Shown here piece after piece: positions 55,379 to 64,000 of a stretch of DNA of 64,000 nucleotides. The first letter of the stretch is position 1, and the number at the start of each line of letters is the position of its first letter. The notes under the pieces were generated by a model. That model was given only the letters and a program-made list of their open reading frames with translations. It did no database searches and had not been told where the DNA came from. The translations under genes and the position numbers were made by a program. This DNA comes from Candidatus Woesearchaeota archaeon (GTDB lineage: Archaea > Nanobdellota > Nanobdellia > Pacearchaeales > GW2011-AR1), in NCBI GenBank assembly GCA_964575515.1, contig CAZNQS010000001.1:5403-69402 (forward strand), read 5' to 3'.

Positions 55379-55405
55379 GCCCGGATGGGACAATGGTACT
55401 CCGCG
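55379..55405 (+). other. tRNA 5' piece (acceptor strand, 3-bp D arm, nt 26)
   Basis: GCCCGGA-TG-GGA-CAATGGTAC-TCC-G. It is 7/7 complementary to TCCGGGC at 56274-56280. A TATA-like ttaaaag lies at -29 to -23. Confidence 0.6.
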
Positions 55406-55444
55406 TTATAGAAAAATATAAATACAATTCCTATATAACTTTAT

Positions 55445-56125
55445 ATGGATCTATCTAAAAGAAATAGAAAGGTCGCCATATCTCGTTGGAAAAAACATCT
55501 AATATATAATCAGAGTAGAATATATTCAGGTAAAGACGTGGAAGTTATGAAGGCCGCGCTATGTGGTTTTCTTGCAGGAGACGGAAGCGTACAAGTAAGA
55601 AAAGGAAAGTCTTTTTCACATTATCAACTAGATTTTTTCCCGGATGATATCCGTATGCTAAAAAAGTATCTAAGTTTAATGAAGAGAGTGTATAAAACAA
55701 TACCTTCTATTACTAGAAGAGACAATGTCTTTGCAGCCAGGTTATTTCAGAAATTTATAGTATTGGATTTGCTTAAAATATCTAAGTTTGGTGTATATAA
55801 TTGGAATATCCCCAATTGGATTATGAAAAATGATCTAAACAAAAAAGCCTGGCTTCGAGCATTTTTTTCTGCAGAAGGTTATGTAAATCAAAAATATATT
55901 AAAACGCAAAGCGTTAATCTTATAGGGATAAGTAAAGTGTCTCATTTATTAGATAGTATGGATATATCTCATCGTGTTTATTACTATAAACCAAAAAACA
56001 CAAATCACTCAAAAGTAGCTTTATTATTTATAAGCCCATTTAAGTCTAGAATAAAATTCTATAAAGAAATTGGTTTTTGGCATTTAAAAAAAGAAAGAAA
56101 ACTAAGAGAAACGTTAGGTTTATAA
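55445..56125 (+). CDS. double-motif LAGLIDADG homing endonuclease-like protein
   Basis: LCGFLAGDGSV and LRAFFSAEGYV. It has its own TATA-like aaaatataaata about 25 nt upstream. Confidence 0.8.
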   Translation: MDLSKRNRKVAISRWKKHLIYNQSRIYSGKDVEVMKAALCGFLAGDGSVQVRKGKSFSHYQLDFFPDDIRMLKKYLSLMKRVYKTIPSITRRDNVFAARLFQKFIVLDLLKISKFGVYNWNIPNWIMKNDLNKKAWLRAFFSAEGYVNQKYIKTQSVNLIGISKVSHLLDSMDISHRVYYYKPKNTNHSKVALLFISPFKSRIKFYKEIGFWHLKKERKLRETLGL

Positions 56126-56149
56126 TCATTTTATTTGATAAATTAATAA

Positions 56150-56231
56150 GCTGATGTTGAGCAGTGGTAGCTCGCTTGCTTGGAGAGCAAGTTTCCTTAC
56201 AGATATGCAGGTTCGATTCCTGCCATCAGCG
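56150..56231 (+). tRNA. class II tRNA, probably tRNA-Ser(GGA)
   Basis: Acceptor GCTGATG/CATCAGC with G73, 3-bp D stem GAG/CTC, anticodon arm CTTGC-TTGGAGA-GCAAG, a 15-nt variable region (poorly paired), and T arm GCAGG-TTCGATT-CCTGC. Confidence 0.62.
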
Positions 56232-56235
56232 TATA

Positions 56236-56281
56236 ACTCGCTTTCCGCAAGGATTTCCAGGTTCGATTCCTGGTCCGGGCG
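56236..56281 (+). other. tRNA 3' piece (D-stem 3' strand, variable hairpin, T arm, acceptor strand) lacking an anticodon arm
   Basis: ACTC-G-C-TTTCC-GCAA-GGATTT-CCAGG-TTCGATT-CCTGG-TCCGGGC-G. It aligns to the preceding tRNA with exactly the anticodon arm missing. Confidence 0.6.
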
Positions 56282-56302
56282 TTAATCTTAAGGCTCAATT
56301 AA

Positions 56303-56635
56303 TTAGTTTTTCAGAAAAGAACAAACCTCATTTACAATTTCATCAAATTTTTCTTGCTTTAATGATCCAACTTTATATTTTATCAACGATTTATCAATAG
56401 AAGCAATTTTATCTATTCTAATGTAACTCTCCATTTTAAGACTTCCTTGTCTAAAATCTTCTTTCTTTATCTGAATCTCAACTAGTTTTTCATATGAGGC
56501 GCCGGTTATTTGTAAAACGATAACATCTTCACCTTTAGGAACTTTCAAGATCAAAACAGGCCTTCTTTTTGACTTTTTTAAATTAGAATAAGGAAACTCA
56601 ATTACTACAATATCTCTCCTTACAAATCCTTCCAC
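56303..56635 (-). CDS. mazF: MazF/PemK-family endoribonuclease toxin
   Basis: RRDIVVIEFPYSN..KRRPVLIL.. Confidence 0.85.
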   Translation of the reverse strand: MEGFVRRDIVVIEFPYSNLKKSKRRPVLILKVPKGEDVIVLQITGASYEKLVEIQIKKEDFRQGSLKMESYIRIDKIASIDKSLIKYKVGSLKQEKFDEIVNEVCSFLKN

Positions 56636-56838
56636 GCTTCATCCTCTTCTTTATTAAGCCAGTTTTTAGCAAGAGATTTTTCAGATAAAATTGTCCATTC
56701 GGGAATAGATTTTTTAATAATTATTTCATCATCTTTTTTAATCACAATTAGTTTGTCTCCTTCTTTTATGTCTTTTCTCATGTCAAGAGGAATAACAATC
56801 TGGCCCCTCGAACTCATTTTAGTTGTATCAATTTGCAT
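56620..56838 (-). CDS. mazE: AbrB/MazE/SpoVT-family antitoxin
   Basis: SSRGQIVIPLDMRKDIKEGDKLIV. It overlaps mazF by 16 nt. Confidence 0.8.
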   Translation of the reverse strand: MQIDTTKMSSRGQIVIPLDMRKDIKEGDKLIVIKKDDEIIIKKSIPEWTILSEKSLAKNWLNKEEDEAWKDL

Positions 56839-56839
56839 A

Positions 56840-56857
56840 AATAAGATTAATCTTATT
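56840..56857. promoter_or_regulatory. perfect 18-bp palindrome between the TATA box and the mazE ATG (putative operator)
   Basis: aataagattaatcttatt. The TATA-like atttaaat lies at 56861-56868. Confidence 0.55.
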
Positions 56858-56931
56858 TATATTTAAATCCTTTGGTTTTCGAGTCCGGGCGTCCCAAGAA
56901 TCTTTAAATAATCTATGCCCTATTATTTATA

Positions 56932-57492
56932 ATGAATATCAAAAAGTCTTTGAATTTTAGTTTGTTTGGACTTTTGGATGCTCAAGATGCCGCAATGCAT
57001 CTTGACAAGAAAAGAGTAATGTGGTTAATCATAGCATTAGCAATAATAATTCTCCCAATTGCGTGGTATTTAATCTCGCCAATTTTCAAAACAACAGAAC
57101 TAAACGAGGAATCTCCAATAACAAAATCAGAAACGACTAACGAAGAAATAGTAGAATCATCTGATTTAATGCCACAAAGCGCGCAAATCCTCGCGCAGGG
57201 CGTTTTCAAGCCAAATGCTCATGAAGTAAAAGGCACTGCGTTATTAATAAACGACAATAATAAAAAAGTACTAAGATTTGAGGATTTTGAGACAATTAAC
57301 GGCCCTGATTTACATATATATTTATCGTCAGATTTAAAGAGTGAAGACTTCATAGATTTAGGAAGTATAAAAGCAACAAAAGGTAATGTCAATTATGAAA
57401 TCCCAGAAGGAATAGACACAGAAAAATACAATAAAGTTCTTGTATGGTGCGTGCCATTTAAAGTCTTGTTCAGTAATGCTGAATTAAACTAA
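56932..57492 (+). CDS. DM13-domain protein with an N-terminal TM
   Basis: QGVFKPNAHEVKGTALLI..LRFEDFETINGPDLHIYLS..YNKVLVWCVPFKVLFSNAEL. Confidence 0.7.
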   Translation: MNIKKSLNFSLFGLLDAQDAAMHLDKKRVMWLIIALAIIILPIAWYLISPIFKTTELNEESPITKSETTNEEIVESSDLMPQSAQILAQGVFKPNAHEVKGTALLINDNNKKVLRFEDFETINGPDLHIYLSSDLKSEDFIDLGSIKATKGNVNYEIPEGIDTEKYNKVLVWCVPFKVLFSNAELN

Positions 57493-57536
57493 TAAAATTT
57501 ATATAGCCCCTCGTCTGTTTCATAAAGAGGTGAAAG

Positions 57537-58841
57537 ATGATTTTAGAAAACTGGCTCTATGCAGACCTTCTTAATACAAGAACTGATTTTTGCGAGCCAT
57601 TGAAAAAAAATATTAAATGCGACACTCTTGTCGTAGGCGGCGGAATCGCTGGCTTGCACGCTGCTCTCCGTCTCGCAGACAGCGGAAAAGACGTAGTCCT
57701 TTTGGAAAAAAGCATATGTGGAGGAAGCTCGTCAGGAAAAAGCGCAGGATTTTTAACTCCCTCAACTGAAAGCGATTTAAGCAATCTCATTGATTACTAC
57801 GGCACAGATCAAGCAAAATTTCTCTACAATATACCAAAAATAGGCATAAATCTAATCATCTCAACAGCCAAGAAATATAAATTCAATTGTGATTTGCAAA
57901 AACAGGATTCCTTGTATTTGGCAGTCAGTAAAAGTCACACTGAATTTTTAAAAGAAGAAGCGCAGGCTTACAGAAAGCTCGGTTTTGCATACACTTTCTA
58001 CGATGCAAAAAAAATCCGCTCAATTCATCCTGGAAAAGGATATTTCGGAGGCTTAAGTTACAGCGGAACATATTGCATTAACTCTCTAGTCTACACGCAA
58101 CAATTAAAAAATCTCCTTGTTAAAAAAGGCGTTCGTGTCTATGAAGGCAGTGAGGTACATAATATAACAGGCAACACTGCAAAAACGCATTTAGGCTCTG
58201 TAAGAGCAAAAAACATAATAGTCTGCATTGACAAAATGACATATGAATTTGACAAGGATTTTTCAAAAAAATATTATCACATGCAATCCTATCTTGCCAT
58301 TAGTGAGCCTTTAAGCAAAACAGAAATAAAAGACATTTTCCCAAAGAAAAAATTCATGTGCTGGGACACAAGGCATGTTTACACTCACTATCGCATGATG
58401 GGCAACGATAGATTGCTGATTGGCGGCGGCTCATTTTTTACATACTACTATCCAAAATATTGGAATTCTCCATTTGTCATCGAAATGGTAATAAATGAGT
58501 TTAAAAAACGTTTTGATACGCTAAAAGATGTAAAATTCTCGCAATACTGGAATGGGTTGATAGACGTCACAAAAGACCTAACTCCGATTGTTGATTTTGA
58601 CCCAAAAAATAAATATGTGCAGTACGTTCTCGGCTGTGCAGGTTTACCCTTCGCCTCTTTCTGCGGCGATTACGCAGCGAAAAGAATTTTAAACACTCAT
58701 CAAAAAGAATACGCAAAGCATCTAAGATACGACAGAGAATTCTTCATTTCCGACACATTGCAGATGATTTTAGGCAAGCCAATATCCTTCTTAATCAGCC
58801 ACATTCATGCACTTACTCATCCGAGCCTCAAAAAATCATAA
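57537..58841 (+). CDS. FAD-dependent oxidoreductase (DAO family)
   Basis: LVVGGGIAGLHAALRLADSGKDVVLLEK. Confidence 0.8.
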   Translation: MILENWLYADLLNTRTDFCEPLKKNIKCDTLVVGGGIAGLHAALRLADSGKDVVLLEKSICGGSSSGKSAGFLTPSTESDLSNLIDYYGTDQAKFLYNIPKIGINLIISTAKKYKFNCDLQKQDSLYLAVSKSHTEFLKEEAQAYRKLGFAYTFYDAKKIRSIHPGKGYFGGLSYSGTYCINSLVYTQQLKNLLVKKGVRVYEGSEVHNITGNTAKTHLGSVRAKNIIVCIDKMTYEFDKDFSKKYYHMQSYLAISEPLSKTEIKDIFPKKKFMCWDTRHVYTHYRMMGNDRLLIGGGSFFTYYYPKYWNSPFVIEMVINEFKKRFDTLKDVKFSQYWNGLIDVTKDLTPIVDFDPKNKYVQYVLGCAGLPFASFCGDYAAKRILNTHQKEYAKHLRYDREFFISDTLQMILGKPISFLISHIHALTHPSLKKS

Positions 58842-58914
58842 ATTTTTATCCAACTGAAAAATAAAAATCTTTATAAATACCAAATTTGTTATAATATAGT
58901 AAAAATACAACAAG

Positions 58915-59916
58915 ATGGTGAAAAAATTTGCTTTAAGTTTGGTGTTCTTGGCACTAATTATCAGTTCTGTCAGTGCTATTGACACAGAAATAAAAGTGAA
59001 GACAATTCCAGATCATAAAGCAAGTATTTTTGTCTATCCCGCAGATTCAGTAACCTCAATAAACAGCTTCCATATCATAGCTGATTCAACTGGCGAGCTT
59101 TCAGTAACCCATTCGTCAGAACACTCAAGCATAGATGTTTTAGTAAAAATAACAAAAGACGGAAATAAAATATTCATAGAAAAATTTGCAGGCTATCCCG
59201 CTGGAAAGCCAATCTATATCAGGATGGATTACACAGAAGTCAACGGAGACTATGATCCTTCAAAAGTAGCTGCTGCCACACCAAGCGCCAGTCCTACTCC
59301 TACTGATAGTCCTACAGCTGAAGCCCAAGAAGATGTCGCTATTGACGAGCAAGAAGAGCCTTCAAGTCAAATAACAGGGGAGGTTATAGCAGACACTAAC
59401 TCGTCATCAAAAGCATTCTACTTTGTTATAGTCGTGGGAATTCTAGGAGCGATAGTGATAGTATTATTAATAATAAAAAGATTCGTCACTCCTTCATTAA
59501 ATACAAATGCAGATAATGCGTCAAACCAAGCCATGCTTAGAAGTCTGGAAAGAGAAGAAAGAAGAATAAAAGAAATGGAAAGAAAGATAATAAATTCTGA
59601 AAAAGAATTAGGCTCTATAAAAAATCAAGATAAAATAAAGGCTACAGAGAAGAAATTAGAAGAAGACAGAAGAGAATTAGAAAGATTAAAAAGAGGCACA
59701 GACACATCAGGTAATGTTTTTACCAAATTATTCAGAGGAGGAGCAAATACGCCACAGCCCCCTGTAAAGAATACTCAACCATCACAAAAAGCAGGCGCAT
59801 TTCAAAGAAAAACTCCATCATTCCAAAAGACAAACACAACTCCGTTAGACAATCTATTCCAAAAGAATAATGTAGATGAGCAGGATTCTGTAAAGCCAAA
59901 AGACGAAGACATTTAA
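58915..59916 (+). CDS. surface protein with a signal peptide, Pro/Thr/Ser linker, TM and coiled-coil tail
   Basis: Signal LVFLALIISSVSA, PSASPTPTDSPT, a TM, then a charged KE-rich tail. Confidence 0.45.
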   Translation: MVKKFALSLVFLALIISSVSAIDTEIKVKTIPDHKASIFVYPADSVTSINSFHIIADSTGELSVTHSSEHSSIDVLVKITKDGNKIFIEKFAGYPAGKPIYIRMDYTEVNGDYDPSKVAAATPSASPTPTDSPTAEAQEDVAIDEQEEPSSQITGEVIADTNSSSKAFYFVIVVGILGAIVIVLLIIKRFVTPSLNTNADNASNQAMLRSLEREERRIKEMERKIINSEKELGSIKNQDKIKATEKKLEEDRRELERLKRGTDTSGNVFTKLFRGGANTPQPPVKNTQPSQKAGAFQRKTPSFQKTNTTPLDNLFQKNNVDEQDSVKPKDEDI

Positions 59917-60083
59917 TTCATCACAAAGCCTTTGTGTTTTATCTTGGCTTAAAAGCCGAGGTTTGTTTAGGCTTTGTGAGACCCGGGAAAAATCTCCTAT
60001 AGAGATTTTTCACGAGGGTTAAGACAACAACAAATCATCAATCTTAGAAAAATTTAAAGAGCCATCCAATTTAACTCTTCCAT

Positions 60084-60166
60084 GCCGATGTGCCAGAATG
60101 GTTAATGGGCCAGTCTCGAGAACTGGTGTCTGAAAAGACTTCTAGGTTCGAATCCTAGCATCGGCG
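60084..60166 (+). tRNA. tRNA-Ser(CGA)
   Basis: Acceptor GCCGATG/CATCGGC with G73, 3-bp D stem CCA/TGG, anticodon arm CCAGT-CTCGAGA-ACTGG, variable hairpin GTCT-GAAA-AGAC, and T arm CTAGG-TTCGAAT-CCTAG. A TATA box tttaaaga lies at -31 to -24. Confidence 0.88.
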
Positions 60167-60268
60167 TCTTAAATCTATAAAGATATCATCCAAAAACTTT
60201 TCCAATTACCCCAATCTTCCAAGAATAAAAAATATATTAAAAAAGAAAAAGAAAAAAATTGTTTCTAA

Positions 60269-60631
60269 TTAATGCCTCTCTAAGATAAAGACATGCTTTA
60301 CGGCAACTATTATCGTCGCTGGTATAAATACTGATAGAAGAGCATCTAATATGTTCCTCAAGACAGGAATTACATTCAATGTGTCCTTCCCAAGCGAGCT
60401 AACAATGATTAGTATTGCGCTGGAAAACAGGAATGATTTCACTTCCGAGGAGGCGACATTTAGCAATCCTACTATAATTCCTATAACTACAAGCACAATT
60501 AGCCATGCTGATGATGTCAAGAAACCTGCCCCAAAAACTACGGCAAGGATTACGCCTATTAAAAATGTCCATCCACCTAAGACATGCATATTTTGACTCG
60601 AAGCAACATTGCTTATCTGTCCTTTAGCCAT
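60269..60631 (-). CDS. small membrane protein
   Basis: 3-4 TM segments. Confidence 0.45.
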   Translation of the reverse strand: MAKGQISNVASSQNMHVLGGWTFLIGVILAVVFGAGFLTSSAWLIVLVVIGIIVGLLNVASSEVKSFLFSSAILIIVSSLGKDTLNVIPVLRNILDALLSVFIPATIIVAVKHVFILERH

Positions 60632-60736
60632 TTTTCACCTCCTTTCATTTTTAGTTAATATATCGTCACTCTTTTTTAATAAATATAATAGTTATCTAGT
60701 ATTTATAATACTTTCGGATTTTTATGTCAAGCTTTT

Positions 60737-62655
<1,919 letters not shown>

Positions 62656-62656
62656 T

Positions 62657-62929
62657 TTATCCTTCCAATTTAGCAATAATATCCTTAAATTCAACAATCA
62701 AGAACTTCTCGTTGTTTATCTCTATCTCCTCAGATGAATAGCCGGCATATAAAACCTTATCCCCCTGATGCAATGGAATCCTCGAGCCGTCTTTAAATGT
62801 CCCAACTTCATGCACAATGCCTTGTTTTTTCTCATCACTCCCTTTCGGCAAGTATATTCCAGACTTAGTTCTGTCTTCCGTCTTTATCGGTTTTAAAACA
62901 ACGCGCTCTCCAATTGGTGTGATTTTCAT
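62657..62929 (-). CDS. groS: co-chaperonin GroES
   Basis: MKITPIGERVVLKP..KSGIYLP..G.V..VG.. Confidence 0.9.
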   Translation of the reverse strand: MKITPIGERVVLKPIKTEDRTKSGIYLPKGSDEKKQGIVHEVGTFKDGSRIPLHQGDKVLYAGYSSEEIEINNEKFLIVEFKDIIAKLEG

Positions 62930-63077
62930 CTTAGGAATAATAATCTTGTTTATGATAACTATTTAAATTTTCTTATGTTAAAATTCACTATTAATCAGAA
63001 AATAAATTTTGTCTATATTTTATTACAATTAATATTAAATAAGATAATTTTTATTTGTATTAATAGAACTTTCAGAT

Positions 63078-63311
63078 TTGATAAAAGATCTAATAAAAAA
63101 TAAGAAAAATTGGTTAAATGAAATAGCGAAATCAGACGAAAGAAATCCAATACTTTATCTCAATAATTATAAAGAGGAAGAAGAATATAAAACTCTACAT
63201 CTCCTAGCTCAAAATAAAATATTAGAAGAAAGAGAAAATAGAGCTTACTCCACATTTACAATAACGCAAAAAGGCTTGGAGATTTTAGCAAAAGTTAATA
63301 TCAGGCCATAA
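63078..63311 (+). CDS. hypothetical protein
   Basis: 77-aa ORF using a TTG/alternative start in the track. Confidence 0.3.
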   Translation: MIKDLIKNKKNWLNEIAKSDERNPILYLNNYKEEEEYKTLHLLAQNKILEERENRAYSTFTITQKGLEILAKVNIRP

Positions 63312-63314
63312 TTA

Positions 63315-64000
63315 TCAAATTTTCTCTATTCTATGCCCATTAGGCCTATCCTCTATCAGATATCCTTTTTCCTTAATTCTCTGCCTTAAGATATCTGCCT
63401 TCTCCCACATTTTATTTTTCCTATATTTTTCTCTCTCTTGTATAAGAGCCTCTACTTCCTTGGGAACGACTACGGCTCTCTCCTGCATGCTTCTAACATC
63501 TAATCCAAAAACACTATCGCAATTCTCTAAAAATTCAATCTTCTTTTTTGGCTCAAAATCAAAATCATCAAGCGCCTTCAGAAATATCTGAACACCTGAT
63601 GGGATATTTAAATCGTCATTAATAGCTTTCTTAAATTCAGCCTCATACTTTTTAGTAAAATCCTGCCCTTTATGCTCTTCTTTTCTAAGCTCAATAATTT
63701 TCCTATTAATTCTCTCGTAACTGCTCTTTGCTGCATCAAGGTTGTCAAGCGTAAAATTTAAAGGCTTTCTATAATGCGTCAAAAGATTCAGATAGCGGAA
63801 ATGTAACGGTTTATACCCCCTATCTGTTAAGTCTTTCAAAGTATAAAAATTCCCCAAAGATTTTGACATCTTCTTTCCGTCAACAATAAGCCATTCATTA
63901 TGAATCCAATAATTAACAAACTTCTTTCCACTAAACTGCTCTGATTGCGCTATTTCATTCTGATGATGCGGAAATATCAAATCAACCCCTCCTGTATGGA
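63315..64000 (-). CDS. cysS: cysteinyl-tRNA synthetase, C-terminal part (runs off the right edge)
   Basis: ..HTGGVDLIFPHHQNEIAQSE and KMSKSLGNF. The reading frame stays open to position 64000. Confidence 0.88.
   Translation of the reverse strand, partial: HTGGVDLIFPHHQNEIAQSEQFSGKKFVNYWIHNEWLIVDGKKMSKSLGNFYTLKDLTDRGYKPLHFRYLNLLTHYRKPLNFTLDNLDAAKSSYERINRKIIELRKEEHKGQDFTKKYEAEFKKAINDDLNIPSGVQIFLKALDDFDFEPKKKIEFLENCDSVFGLDVRSMQERAVVVPKEVEALIQEREKYRKNKMWEKADILRQRIKEKGYLIEDRPNGHRIEKI

Noticed and set aside
55403-56241. A canonical bulge-helix-bulge splice motif at the junctions of the 830-nt insert.
   Set aside because: The pairing GCGTTATA / TATAAC-tc-GC gives a 6-bp helix, a 2-nt bulge and 2 more bp, not a 3-4-3 BHB. 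Simple excision would also leave a tRNA without an anticodon arm. It is kept only as one hypothesis in the finding.
56164-56400. 78-aa plus-strand ORF. A similar case is 28426-28710.
   Set aside because: Both are read-throughs of tRNA sequences (tRNA-Ser/3' piece and tRNA-Gln) and of antisense mazF, so they are not coding.

Overview
AT-rich, gene-dense window from an archaeon, probably a small-genome DPANN-like lineage (inference). The archaeal assignment rests on aIF2-gamma, aIF5B, S6e, S10, L41e, RFC large and small subunits, archaeal-type PheRS alpha/beta, SerRS, CysRS, archaeal PyrH, an Rpp30-like protein, intron-containing tRNAs, and BRE/TATA-like boxes about 25 nt upstream of apparently leaderless ATGs. 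Several bacterial-type genes sit among these: groES/groEL, disA, mazEF, Fic and a MacB-type ABC transporter. No rRNA genes or CRISPR arrays are present. The accessory content is concentrated at tRNA genes. Two LAGLIDADG endonuclease ORFs are each embedded between pieces of tRNA genes (28.5-29.5 kb and 55.4-56.3 kb). Small toxin cassettes (two Fic genes plus a secreted peptide, and mazEF) are bracketed by short direct repeats of tRNA 3' ends. Other notable items:
- A long-form dCTP-deaminase-like gene is joined in frame to a Nudix domain but interrupted by one TGA, next to a second Nudix gene, thyX and tmk.
- A HerA/FtsK-like ATPase has an intein in its P-loop and is tightly coupled to a MaoC double hot-dog gene.
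- An extra ORF is wedged between groES and groEL.
- A two-copy ~98-nt double-hairpin element shows a compensatory base-pair change.
- A type II R-M pair is present.
- Three TA modules share a TATA-operator-ATG layout.
All calls come from reading the sequence and the ORF translations. No database search was run.
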